Part shown: positions 13,291 through 25,947 of the stretch, in pieces
Layout of the letters: each line of letters opens with the position of its first letter
Numbering within the stretch: the stretch's first letter is position 1
The notes under the pieces: generated by a model
Seen by the model: only the letters and a program-made list of their open reading frames with translations
Told to the model about the DNA's origin: nothing
Databases searched by the model: none
Origin: Azolla caroliniana
Lineage: Eukaryota; Plantae; Polypodiophyta
Direction of reading: 5' to 3'
Length of the DNA: 64,000 bases
Assembly (NCBI GenBank): GCA_043228905.1
Contig: JBHGNT010000006.1
Span: 8,370,001 to 8,434,000, forward strand
Position numbers and translations under genes: made by a program

Positions 13291-13441
13291 GAATAATCAT
13301 TCTGTCTATTGATTATCTTGTGTATTGTTGTGTATAATCTTGTGTATTGCAGAATATTTTTTGTGTATTGTTGTTGCCCATAGCCATCTTTAATACGTGT
13401 CTTTTTTTCGGGAAAATTAGGGTTTAAACCCATCAAGCCAA

Positions 13442-14202
13442 ATGGAAGGGGAAGGAGGGTGTTTAGATTACCCCTCAATGATCATCGGGATAGGGATGAC
13501 GCTATCAGGACACAACAAGTGATACGAAAGTATTGGGCCGAATAAAAAAGAAAACATCGTCAATTGTTGAAGGATACGAAAGCCACACTCACTAAAGGTA
13601 AAGATAGTATTGGTTGCAATATAGGTCTAAATATCACTGAGAATGGAAGTAATGAGACTACTATCATAGAGAGAAAGGTTGTAGACTATTTCAATGTTCA
13701 AACCAAGCACATTAACAATGAAGACAAGAAGGTAGTACTTTATGGAATATTAAATGATCCATCGATAAAGGAGTTAGTTGATTCTGATGATCTTAAGGCA
13801 AACATAACATTTGTACTAGTAAATAATCTCCGTAATAGTTTCGTATCAATGAGCAGGTCAAAAGATGATCTTGTCTTAAAAAGGTCTAGTCTAATGATGT
13901 TACTTAATAGTGATATTGACGATATTAACATCAGTGTGCTATCTAAGGTAATTGGTATTAGTAGAAAAAGTGTGTATAATACATTGAACCGAATAGTTTC
14001 CTCGGGTGAAGGAACTAGTCTACTAAAGCTAACAACAAGATGTAAGCCAATGACACCCATAACATCAAAAATCAAGGATATAATCACAATATTTTGGACT
14101 AATGAGAGTAGGGTTTCACCCAATAAGAAGGATTTATGCAGGAAACGTGTTGGAAGGATTCAATACGAGGAGCATCCTAATCATCTTCTTGATGTACCTT
14201 AG
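13442..14202 (+). pseudogene. Transposase exon 1 of copy 2, disabled
   Basis: Highly similar to ORF 2907-3734. It has a 1-bp deletion near the start, a TAA near 13543, and the last exon codon changed CAG>TAG immediately before the gtattt donor. Confidence 0.9.
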
Positions 14203-14244
14203 GTATTTACATTTATCTCAACATTTGTTTTGACTTTTGAGCTT

Positions 14245-15611
14245 AGTTAGTTAACTTATTAGCTACCTCTAAATATGACCATAGCTAACTAGCTACTAGT
14301 AATAGCTAATTAGCTACCAGAATAGCTAATTAGCTACCATTCATAGCTGTTATTTAGCTACCACAATAGCTAGTTAGTTGCCTATAACAATAGCTAATTA
14401 GCTACCAAAGTAGCTAATTAGTTGCTTATGACTATAACTAATTAGCTACCAGAATTGTTAATCCCCTACTAGAATAGCTACTGTACTAAACTATGGTAGT
14501 AGCTAATTAGCTACTGTACTAAACTATGATAGTAGCTAATTAGCTATTGTATTAAACTATGGTAGTAGCTAATTAGCTACTCAACTAAAGTATGGTAGTA
14601 GCTAATTAGCTACCACTGAGCTAATTAGCTACTTAGCTGAAGTATGGTAGTAGCTAATTAGCTACTAGTTAGCTAATTAGCAACTCAGCTAAAGTATGGT
14701 AGTAGCTAATTAGTCACAATAACTAAAGTATGGTAGTAGCTAATTAGCCACAATAACTAAAGTATGGTAGTAGCTAATTAGCTACCACTTAGCTAATTAG
14801 CTACGCAGCTAAAGTATGGTAGTAGCTATTTAGCTACCAGTTAGCTATTTAGTGACTCAGCTAAAGTATGGTACTAGCTAATTAGCCACTATAACTAAAG
14901 TATGGTAGTAGCTAATTAGCTACTCAACTAAAGTATGGTAGTAGCTAATTAGCTACCACTTAGCTAATTAGCTACTCGGCTAAAGTATGGTAGTAGCTAA
15001 TTAGCTACTCAACTAAAGTATGGTAGTAGCTAATTAGCAACTACTTAGCTAATTAGCTACTCGGCTAAAGTATGGTAGTAGCTAATTAGCTACCAGTTAG
15101 CTAATTAGTGACTCAACTAAAGTATGGTACTAGCTAATTAGCCACTATAACTAAAGTATGGTAGTAGCTAATTAGCTACCACTTAACTAATTAGCTATTA
15201 TACTAAACTATGGTAGTAGCTAATTAGCTACCACTTAGCTAATTAGCTATTGACTAAACTATGGTAGTCGCTAATTAGCTACTACCATAGTGTAGTACAG
15301 CTACACTATGGTAGTAGCTAATTAGCGACTACCATAGTTTAGTCAATAGCTAATTAGCTACTACTGTACACTATGGTAGTAGCTAATTAGCGACTACCAT
15401 AGTTTAGTCAATAGCTAATTAGCTACTACTGTACTACACTATGGTAGTAGCTAATTAGCGACTACCATAGTTTAGTCAATAGCTAATTAGCTACCACTTA
15501 GCTAATTCAGTACTACCATACTTTAGCTGAGTAACTAATTAGCTCAGTGGTAGCTAATTAGCTAGTGTATTAAACTATGGTAGTAGCCAATTAGCTACTC
15601 AGCTAAAGTAT
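14245..15611. repeat. AGCTAATTAGCT-core satellite with mainly 33-bp and about 19-bp units, plus an internal inversion
   Basis: CTAAAGTATGGTAGTAGCTAATTAGCTACTCAA-type units; orientation switches at about 15280-15530. Confidence 0.95.
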
Positions 15612-16176
15612 GTGATGCATGTTTGCCATTTGACGCTCATGCATTGCATGTGTTGCATGATAACCATGTCACTCATTCAAGCTCTCATGTATGAGAAGTA
15701 TAATAATAAAAATATAGCTTAAAGAAATGACTTGGCTTAGTGGTAAGTTTATTGCCTCCTTTCTTGGAGATGCAAGATTCAAGCCTTGCTTGCATCCCTC
15801 TCAATGCACAAAATATTACTAGGCTTTAGTCTTGTATTTTACACATATTTAACTGCATATTACACTTTCAGTCGACCTCCAATGAGCCGACGGAACCTAT
15901 AGATGATTTCTTTTTTGTTCGTTTCACACCGAAATCTTCAAGACACCGTGTATTGCAATCAACCTACCCAACCGACCCAACAGATCCGTCTGTCCGGTCC
16001 CGACCGTCCCGACCGGTTTAATCCGCATCCGATCCTGGCTTCGTCTGGTCCGGTTCTCCAGAACCACTACGAGTACTTAGGCCACATCCATCCATCCGAA
16101 TAGTTTAGCCCAAGTCACCTTGAACATTTTGTGCTCCACACATAGACAAAAAGTAATAAGTTCTGGCTCTGCTTAT

Positions 16177-19100
16177 TGATAGGGTGTTTAAGACAAAGGG
16201 TAATCTTACACTATATGAGGGCTTGACCAAACCGGTTAGATGGAGTTGTGACTCATAATATATTATATAGATCAAGGTATCTACGGATTAGAGAGAGAGA
16301 CTCAAGAAATTAAGAAAAAAGATTGAGAAGATGAGAAAGAGATAAGATGGTTATGATATTCCAATATCAAGACAATACAAAGGAGAAACTCCACATTCAA
16401 CTAAGAAACCAAAGACCTTCTTACTACCAATCCCTCAAACCCACAATTAAGACCATTCCTCTTCCACTAAGACCCTTCTTCCTAATCCTCCTCCTCTATT
16501 AGGATCCCCTCCTTCCACTAAGACCTTCCCCCTAAGACCCCTCCTCCTTTATTAGGATCCCTCCTCCTCTATTAGCATCCCATCCTTCCACTTTTATAAT
16601 TTTCTTCTTCTTCCTCGTTCACGCTATTTTTAGAAGCTTTTTATCTCCTATTTTTAGCTAAGACCTAGTGACCTTCTAATCGTCATATCTCCCTCATCAG
16701 AGCTCCAAATTTAGTGATTTTAAAAGCTATAGATATCTCTCTTTACGAGCTTTCTACACCATATTTAAACATAATATTTGGGTGAAAAACGAAGGAGTTA
16801 TGACCATTCCTTTTTTACTGTTTTTTATGGTCCGCTTTTTCTCTTTTTACTTTTCTCTTGGTCTCTTACTTTTACTTTTGACTTCTTCCTAAGGTCTTGG
16901 TTTGTGTTCTTAGCCTCCAAATGTGAATTATCCATACTTTATATTCTTCTAATGTTCAATTGCTTAGATTCTAAAAACACTTTCACATTTAGCTCTCCCC
17001 CTTGCTAGAGGCTAAGCCATTTATGGCGAAGCACTTAATGGTAGTACTTAACAAATGAAAGGTCTCTCGCCAATCTCTTGGCTATAGACAATGAGAGACA
17101 TATAATCAAAAAGAAAATAAAAATATGTGAGTAAAACCACCGCTAATCAGTAGGAAAAACCTCACACTTCTAAACGCACGCACACGCGCACATTGACAAT
17201 TGCCATCACCATCTTTCTCCTTGTCAACACACAGAAAGAGGTTACTACAATTATTATGTCTTTGTCAACTATCCATACACAAGTAGGGCCATGGGATACA
17301 TAACTCTTGATAGAAGTAAGCATGTCAACATATGAATGAATCTTTCAAGTGAGCGAACCTTTTGCACAAATACCTTCAAAGCTTTGAGACTTGTTGGAAT
17401 GATTATCTTTTGAATTACGTTGATCTTTGAATCATTCACATCTTCTTGGCACAACCAACACATTGTCCACACAACCTTGTTTTGTATAAAGGACTATTTG
17501 ATCTACAATCTCATCTCGGAAAGGAAGTGAAATTTGATCTCGTTTGGTCGAATCATTCAAGGGTTCAAAATTGATCTCATTCTTCTTTGGAACCAAAACT
17601 ATAGGTGACACACACTTCAAATCTTCCATCTTATAATTGGAACTTTCTTGTAACCATGCGTTGAACTCTTGCATAAATTCTTCCTTTTGTTCAACACTCA
17701 ATTGCCGAAGCTTTGGGGAAATTGATACACTTTCCTTCAAATTGATGTGGTATGTGTTGCAAGCTTCTCCTCTTATCCCAAAACACTTGATGAACACATC
17801 CTCCACTATGCTTGTGCAATGCACCACTCCACTATCTACTACAACCACCATTGTTGAAGATGACCTACTAATAGGAATTCCCACTTTGTTTACTACAAAT
17901 TCAGAAATCAAGCTTACCCTAGAACCACTATCAACCAAGGCATCTTTCATGTGAAACCCTTTGATGGAGACCGGGATGGTTGGACGCATGTCCTTTCGAT
18001 CTTCTACTCGCACGATCCCCACATAATGCACGGTCTTCCTACTTTGGTGGATACTTGCAAGCTTTCCCCACTCCTTTCGTAATGTGGGAGATAATTGGAG
18101 AAGTTGTGGCCATGTTATCCTTGGTCCACTCGATATCAATTCATGCTTCCGATTGAAAGCTTCTACAATTTCTCCCATAGGAATATCCTCCATCTTTATC
18201 TTCCTTTTGGAGTGTCTCCTTCTCAATTTCTCCTCTTCCTCATTCTCCTTAGACTTCTTCTTTTCTCTCGAGGCACTAGATTCTCCATCAACTTCTTTCT
18301 CCTTTTGCGAGGATCTTGTCCTTTTAACAAGAGCTACTTCACAAGCATTATCACTATCATCATTAAAATTAAGAAGATTCACACTATGAGGAATTGTAGG
18401 AACTTGAGCCATAGGAAGTGTTATGGATTCGCCTCCTTCGACTCCATTGTTGATAGGTCGTTATCCATTCCGTTGCACTTCATACATGCCTCTTTCCATA
18501 CCTCTTTGTTGTCAATGAGGACATCTTGTTGAGATGTGTCCCTCCTCTTGACATGAATAACAAATTACACCATAATGTCCTCTAGGGCCACCACCATCGG
18601 GAATAGTGTTGTGAATTGCTTGGGATTGTTGCAAATGGGCCATCACTTCATCAAAACGTTGATTCACCAAGGCCATAGTACCTTGTTCACTCTTTCCTTG
18701 CTCCACTTCTTGAAATATACTTGTTGGGTTTATTGTTGTGGTGGTATACACATTTGGAAACACTTGTCCACTATGCACAATTGAAGATGAGGTTTGAAGA
18801 TTGGCACGAGGCATCGAATTTGCACCCAAAGCCGTTATTTGGGGAAACCCCATGGAACTCATCATCTTCACTTGTCGATCATAACCTTGACAAACTTGGA
18901 GAAGAGCTTGAAAAGTTGTTGGATCCTTCAAGCTTGCCTCCAAATGGAAATGCATGTCAAGGCCCATCTTGAATCGTTCCATCTTAAACCACTCGTCTTC
19001 AATGCCACCACGAAGACGAATCCACATCGTCCACAAATCCTTGAAATTTCTTTCATATTATATGAAACCAAAAGGTGATTCCATCTTTAGTCGAAAAAGC

Positions 19101-19720
19101 TCCTCCCTTACTTCCATTGCACTTCACCATGGAATGTATCTGGAACGAAACTAGTGTACCAACAATTGATATTCTCCTCTTCGTAGATACCAATCACTCA
19201 AACCCACAATTAAGACCCTTCCTCTTCCACAAGACCCTTCTTCCTAATCCTCCTCCTCCTCTATTAGGATCCATCCTCCTCTATTAGGATTCCCTCCTCC
19301 TCTATTAGCATCCCTTCCTTCCACTTTTATAATTTTCTTCTTCTTCCTCGTTCACGCTATTTTTAGAAGCTTTTTATCTCCTATTTTTAGCTAAGACCCA
19401 GCGACCTTCTAATCGTCATATCTCCCTCATCAGAGCTCCAAATTTAGTGATTTTAAAAGTTATTGATATCTCTCTTTATGAGCTTTCTACACCATATTTA
19501 AACATAATATTTGGGTGAAAAACGAAGGAGTTATGACCATTCCTTTTTTACTGTTTTTAATGGTCCGCTTTTTCTCTTTTTACTTTTCTCTTAGTCTCTT
19601 ACTTTTACTTTTGACTTCTTCCTAAGGTCTTGGTTCGTGTTCTTAGCCTCCAAATGTGAATTATCCATACTTTATATTCTTCTAATGTTCAATTGCTTAG
19701 ATTCTAAAAACACTTTCACA
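16177..19720 (-). mobile_element. Non-autonomous Ty3/gypsy element Y with internal deletions
   Basis: TSD CTTAT at 16172-16176 and 19721-19725. 3' LTR 16177-16987 (TGTGAAAG..CCCTATCA) follows PPT AAGGGGGAGAG. 5' LTR 19720 to about 19193 is truncated. Internal gag with CYSCQEEGHISTRC, PR ALVDSGS and RT remnants (SPIVLVPKK). Confidence 0.85.
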
Positions 19721-20138
19721 CTTATATATTGTGGGATCCTGATTAGTCCTATCTATGTGGGATATCTTGCAGTTTTGTTTTTCTCTTCTTCTCAAACTTC
19801 ACACTCACATAACTTGACATTTAGTTCTCCGTTTCAAATGGCTTAGATTCTAAAAACACTTTCACACTTATATACTATGGGATCCTGATTAGTCCTATCT
19901 ATGTGGGATATCTTACAGTTTTCTTTTTCTCTTCTTCTTCTCAAACTTCACACTCACATAACTTGACATTTAGTTGTCCGTTTCAAATGGCTTAGATTCT
20001 AAAAACACTTTCACACTTATATACTGTGGGATCCTGATTAGTCCTATCTATGTAGGATATCTCACAGTTTTGTTTTTCTCTTCTTCTTCTCAAACTTCAC
20101 ACTCACATAACTTGACATTTAGTTGTCCATTTCAAATG
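19695..20138. repeat. Three tandem 146-149 bp units spanning the Y-LTR/X-LTR junction
   Basis: GCTTAGATTCTAAAAACACTTTCACACTTATATA starts at 19695, 19841 and 19990. Confidence 0.92.
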
Positions 20139-20252
20139 TAGTAAAGTGCATTCGGAACCTCTTGAAGACATCCATCTTCGTGTGTGAAGAACCACACTTG
20201 ATTTTGTACATTCCATGCAATTTTCACACCATTGCCGAAAATCTTCACGACA

Positions 20253-21950
20253 CTGCTCTATTTCCATCTCCACCATTCTCCGGAGCTTATCCTTCTCTTG
20301 CATCAAATTTTCTCTTTCCTCCTACAACTGGTCTTTGTTTGCGTGACTTTTTCGAAGATTTTCTTCTATTATCCGCTTCTCTTCTTTGGATGTCTGTTTT
20401 TGCGCGCTCTCTCTCTCTCTCCCTCGCAATGCCTCTTGAGCGGCTAATTCCTCCCTTAAGGTTAACATTTCCTGTTCTCACTCAACATCTTTTTCCAAGG
20501 CTATACCAACCATCGTTTGTGCATCCGTTTCCAGAGATTCCTTTTGTAAATTAACCGGTGGCACCAGCTCTCTTACCGCACTTTGTTGGCCCATGTTAAC
20601 CATGATGACCGCATATTCCTTGGCCCTTTTCAACTCTTCCTCCAGTGTGCTCGGACCTTCTCTAATTCCTCGATTGTGGCTAGCAACCATTCCACATGAC
20701 TTATGACTTACTATTCTTCGTCCTCCATTCGATTGGCCACACGGGATACTTGCTCTTCGAGCCACTTTAACCATTGGCTGCATGTTCCGTGTTGTGTTAA
20801 GTCAGCAACCTCATACCCTGGCTCCGGTCTTGGTTCGTACTCCTTTCTGAGCTATTGGATAAACGGTTCCAGTGTCAGCTCCGGACAGTGTTCCTCATGT
20901 TGTTGCGTTTGAAGACCCAATCGGGTAAGCTCCTCTATAACCAGTTCCTATTGAACCATTGTCACCGTTGTTGGTCTTATTACCAGCTCTACTTCCGTCC
21001 TAGGTCCTACCTCTGTTGAGCGGGTCTTCGGCGTACTGTCTTGCTCCGGACCCAATCCTTCCCCCTACTACTTCGTGTCGCACTTCCTTGGGTGAGGTTG
21101 AAGGACTTTGGCTAGGTCATCTTCAGCCTCTTCCTCTACGGTTTCTTGGTTCACCCTTCGAATTAGGTCGTCCATGTCCCTATCCATGTCCTGTCGTTTT
21201 CTCCAGAACCGGCTCCATTGGCTCCTACTCCCAGGTCGTATGTACTTCCTACTGAGACGATTCTCATGTCGTCTATCCAGGGTTGTGTTTTGATAGGAGT
21301 TATTGCTGTTTGGATGTCTTATTTGGTGTAGTTTCCGATCGGGTCCGCTTCTTCGGCTTGATAGCGTGTGTTAGGGGTACCAATAATGTTAGCCACTGGG
21401 CTAACCCGCATCATGCCTTCTTCCCGTCCACTACGGATGCGATTGTTACTCATAGAGAGTCGGCTATAATTACCGACCAATACACCTTGAGGCCTTCGAA
21501 TGTTGCTAAGATAAATCCGGCCCGATTCTTTGGCATGGCCGGTGGTCGAGGATGCACAAATCCGTATTCTATTAAAACCCGAGCCACCTTCCTGAACAGG
21601 GGATTCTCGCCGCCTTGTGTTCAGTATGCTTTGCTGGTGATGGAGTACTCCCCGAAGTATTCGGTCAAGATTTTTGTGGACGGGTTCTCAATGGAATACA
21701 GTCCCCTAGCTGGTAACCCAATGAGAGCTTGGACAGTGCCTTCGAAGATCTCCTCGAGGTCAATCTTTGTTGCGATCTTCTCCGGTTCTTCGTGTGGCGG
21801 CGCATCCGCTACCCGGAGAAACCGTTCCAAACCATGTTTGCTGAACTAGTCTCTGGTAACGGTCGAGAGTGCCATAGGGCCTATGTCTTCTTCGTCGGCT
21901 GCGCTGCTACGGTTGCCTGTTGATGCTTGGGTGATAGCTTATGCTTTCCC
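20253..21950 (-). pseudogene. Degenerate extra ORF downstream of pol in element Z
   Basis: Reads as protein through several TGA/TAG stops (..KILTEYFGEYSITSKAY*TQGGENPLFRKVARVLIEYGF..KVYWSVII..), followed by a charged coiled-coil-like region. Confidence 0.55.
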
Positions 21951-24609
21951 AAAAGTTTGTGTGCTCTGTTGTGCTCTCAAAAGCCTTCTCTTGTGAAATG
22001 AAAATCCTTCATTTTTTTGGAAGTTTTGTATCCCCATTTCTATCAGCCACCACTTCTTGAATCCCGCGCATGCACATCGTGTACCATAATAGTATGATTA
22101 CATCGCGTGGTGCACTTTAAATGGCTGCCGTCATTCCTTTTCATGGTGGTCATTCATCATATCGAATAGTTTCTTTCTTTCTTTCTTTTTTCCGTACGGC
22201 CTGAAATACCTGGCCGTACTAGGTGTCGTTTAGTTAGTCTTTAGTGCTCGACTCCACTGGCTCCGTTGTAGACGGAAGTGTTAGGAATATGTCCCTCCAG
22301 TGGGAGGAGCTAACTACTCGAAGAGAGCCGACAGTTGAAGACAGGGAGCAGTCGACTGATTGGATGAGAGCCGACTATTGAGGAGTCGACTCAGAGAGAG
22401 TTGATCGAGGTCGAAGACACGACCAGCTAGTCGGGCTGACCGAATGGTTGATGACCAGGTCGACTAGTGGGACCGATCCGACAGTCAACGAATGAGTCGG
22501 TTGATTAGTAAGACTACTATTATTATTATTGGATAATAATAATGGCCACATTTGTAAATAGCCCATACAAGGTATAAGTATAAATCCACTTAGGGAAACT
22601 AGGAGATATGTATGTGAGAACAGTGTGTGAGCTTGTGTGTTGTAGCTAACTATTGAGAAGAGTGAGAATGAGAAGAGAGACTGAGTGAGCGGCGCCATAG
22701 ATGTGTTCTGTAACAGCATACGCCAAGAGCCCTGCGCAGCTGATACACTTTGTGTAGAAAGTGTTCTACTCTAATCTCATCATTGTATATCCACTGTATA
22801 GTGAAGCTTCGTTCTCCGTGGTTTTCTCCTGCTTTAAGGTTTCCATGTAAAATCTATGTACACTTTTTTTCTGTGTTTCCAAACTGTGAATTTCAGCACA
22901 TTCCTTCTTGTGGATTGACGATTCGTTTCTCATCAAATTGGTATCAGAGCTTGAGGTGCAAGCATGGAAGGAGGTGTGAGTGGCTTCCCATGAATGATAG
23001 TTCTAAACTCTCAGAACTATGCAGACTAGAGGATAATGATGTAGGACCTTCTCATAGTCAAAGACCTGTACGAGCCGATCGACAGAGCAGAAATACCCAT
23101 GGGGGTATTAGAGTCGGAATGGAAACTTCTTAACAGAAAGGCGGTGGCCACCATTCGACAGTGTGTCGATGTAAGTGTCCTTCAACATGTGGCGAACGAC
23201 ACAATGCCCACGAGATGTGGCAGAAGTTGATATGTCTATATGAGAGGAAGAACACTCTCAATAAAACCTCACTTATGAGAAAGATCGTACGGCTGAAATA
23301 CAAAGATGGTGAGAGCATCGTCGAACACATCAACACATTCATGGGGTATGTAAATCAACTTGTTGCAACCAAGTTTCCCCTTGATGATGCTATGTAGGCC
23401 ATCTTACTAATGTGCACACTGCCAGATAGTTGGGAGAACCTGGTGGTTACTCTCAGCACCTCTTGTCAAGAAGAGAACTTGTCTTTACAAGCGATGAAGA
23501 CAAGAATCCTAAATGAGGAAGCAAGAAGGAAGAAGAAGGGTGTCCTAGTCCAGTCGGAGTCAAATTTGTCTCAACATACCGGCAGAGGAAGAAACCGGCA
23601 AAGGAGTCCACCAAGGCAAGAAAAGCCTCAAGCCAGGTCGAAGTTCAGAGGAAAGCTTGTGTGCTCTTATTGTGGAAAACATGGACACTTCCAGAAGGAC
23701 TGTCAGCACATGAGAAAGGATAGAGGTGTCAGTAATGGTGTCGAACCCAGGAAGATTCCTGATGAAAAGGGCACTTCAGCCATTGCTATGAGAAATGAAG
23801 AACTTCTGTTCATCTATGAACAGGCAAGTGCAAACCTAGTGAGTGAGGAATGCACTTTGGTGATCGACGCTGGTGCATCTTTCTATATCACTCCGTCGAG
23901 AGAGTATTTCTCGACTTACATAGTTGGGGATCATGGTTATGTAAAGATGGGTGACAATGGGGAGTGCAAGGTAACCGGAGTCGGAAGTGTTTGTTTGACG
24001 ACGTCGACAAGGTGTCGGTTGACTGTAAAGGATGTTCGATATGTCCCCGGCATTAGATTGAATCTGATATCGACTGGAAGATTGGACAACGAAGGCTACA
24101 GTGTAGCTTCCGAAATGGGAAATGGAAGTGCTGTCGAGGAAATCTTATAGTGGCCCGAGCACAGAAAGAAGGCACATTGTATACGATGCAAGCTCGAGTG
24201 TGCAAGTCGGAAGTGAATGTGGCAGTCAACTCAGCAGGACAGATATTGCATAAGAGGCTAGGCCACATGAGTGAGAAGGGACTACATCCGTTGGCCGATC
24301 AGAAGCTTCTACCAGAGGTAAAGGGAGTCAACCTGGAGAAGTGCATCAATTGCTTAGTTGGAAAGCAGAACAAAGCAGCATTCCACACACGGCCACCAAG
24401 AAGAAGAGATGTTGCAATGGAACTAATACACACAGATGTGTGTTATGTAGATGCTCCGTCACAGTGAGGCGGACCGTACTTTGTGAATTTCATCAACGAG
24501 TGCAGTCGGAAGTTGTGGGATTTTGTACTAAAGTCAAAAGATCAAGTACTATCACTTTTCAAGGATTTCCAGGCAAGAGCTAAACGGGAGTCAGGTCGGA
24601 AGTTGAAGG

Positions 24610-24839
24610 TTATACATTGGAGCTCGAAAAAACTGTCGCTAATGGGTCGCATCATAGTGGCAAATTAGGTACTATTCGCAACAGCATGGTACAGTCTATC
24701 ATGCTGGACAATCTCCAAGGAAAGTATACATCAAATTCAACGACAAGTTTGCAACTACATTTGGTCTAGTAAGGAAGACCATGTAGCTCACGCCAAGGTG
24801 GCGTGGCCTATACTCACATCACCTAAGTCGAGAGGGGGA
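24610..24839 (+). mobile_element. Captured L1-type LINE ORF2 fragment inside the copia B integrase
   Basis: Translates WSSKKLSLMGRIIVAN*VLFATAWY..CNYIWS..AKVAWPILTSPKSRGG, the post-RT motif series of L1/Tx1 ORF2 (W..K.LS..GR, V.W..L..PK..GG). Confidence 0.8.
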
Positions 24840-25207
24840 CAGTTTGAGGAATACTGCAAGGCCCAAGGCATTCGAATCGAATACACAGTACCGAAGACCC
24901 CTAAGTTGAACGTGCTTGCAGAGAGGATGAATAGAACAATCATGGAGAGAGTAAGAAGTATGCTCGCTCATGCTAAACTACCGAAATTGTATTGGGTTGA
25001 GGCGATGTATACAACTGTTTATCTGATCAACAGGTCTCCCTCAGTACCATTGAAGGGTGATGTTCCACAAAGGGTGTGGGGAGGAAAGGATGTCTCCTAC
25101 CGACACCTGAGGGTGTTCGGATGCCTATAGTATATATGCATGTGCCTAAGGATCAGAGGTCGAAGCTCGACAATAAGTCGAAGCCATGCATATTCATGGG
25201 ATACTCG

Positions 25208-25947
25208 TGTTGGGAGACAGGTCCCTCCGGATGGGAAGGGAGAAGAACAGTGTTGATGTACCCGGCTACGAAGAGCCGGATGGTGCAGACCCGGTGAGAA
25301 CTGGATGAGGAGTACCCTGCTATGGAGAGCCGGATGGTGCAGACCCAGTGAGAACCAGATGAGGAGTACCTGGCTACAGAGAGCCGGATGGTGCAGACCC
25401 GGTGAAGAACCGGATGAGGAGTATCCGGCTGCGGAGAGCCGGATGAGGAGTACCCAGCTACAGAGAGCCGGATGGTGTAGACCCGGTCGAGACCGGATGA
25501 AGAGACATATTCGTAAATATGTTTTCTGAGAGTCCATCGTGGCTTTATTTGTAAATAGCCGAAAAGTCATATTAGTATAAATATGACTTAGGGCAAACTA
25601 CAGTTGTTGTAATTCTTGTTGGTGCAAGGAAACAAGAGAGAGCGCGTAACAGTGTACAGAGAGAGTGAGAGAGAAAGAGGTCGTTGCCTCTGTTGTAACC
25701 GCCGCATGTGGCAAAGATCGTGAGCACGAGGTCGTTGCCTCCGTGAACTCACTGTTGTACATTCTAGCATAGTGATAGTTTGCAGCCTATGGGCTACCGT
25801 GGTTTTTCCCTTAGTTTGGGTTTTCCACGTAAACATCTTGTGTACTCTTCTCTTCTTCATGTCGTGCATTACTTCCCGTTTTCTGTGTATGATTCTAAGC
25901 TCGGTTGTGGCCGAGCATTGCACATAAGGAACGACTAGTTCCCGTCA
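25208..25947 (+). mobile_element. Solo LTR of copia family C
   Basis: TGTTGGGAGAC..CCCGTCA with perfect TSD ACTCG; homologous to the LTRs at 27754 and 30650; interrupts host GYSEDEFGY. Confidence 0.95.

Larger units (their letters stand above)
11951..15611 (+). mobile_element. Sola-like DNA transposon, copy 2, truncated inside its satellite intron
   Basis: Same terminus GGGTGAAAGCATGCGAGTGG at 11951 and same layout (subterminal array, exon 1, donor gtattt, satellite). Abuts an unrelated LTR at about 15612. Confidence 0.85.
15612..20252 (-). mobile_element. Family-X LTR (starts TGTCGTGAAGA), truncated, split by element Y
   Basis: Terminus TGTCGTGAAGATTTTCGGCAATGGTG on minus at 20252. Segments 19726-20252 and 15612-16171 are colinear with 26621-27620. 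Confidence 0.75.
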
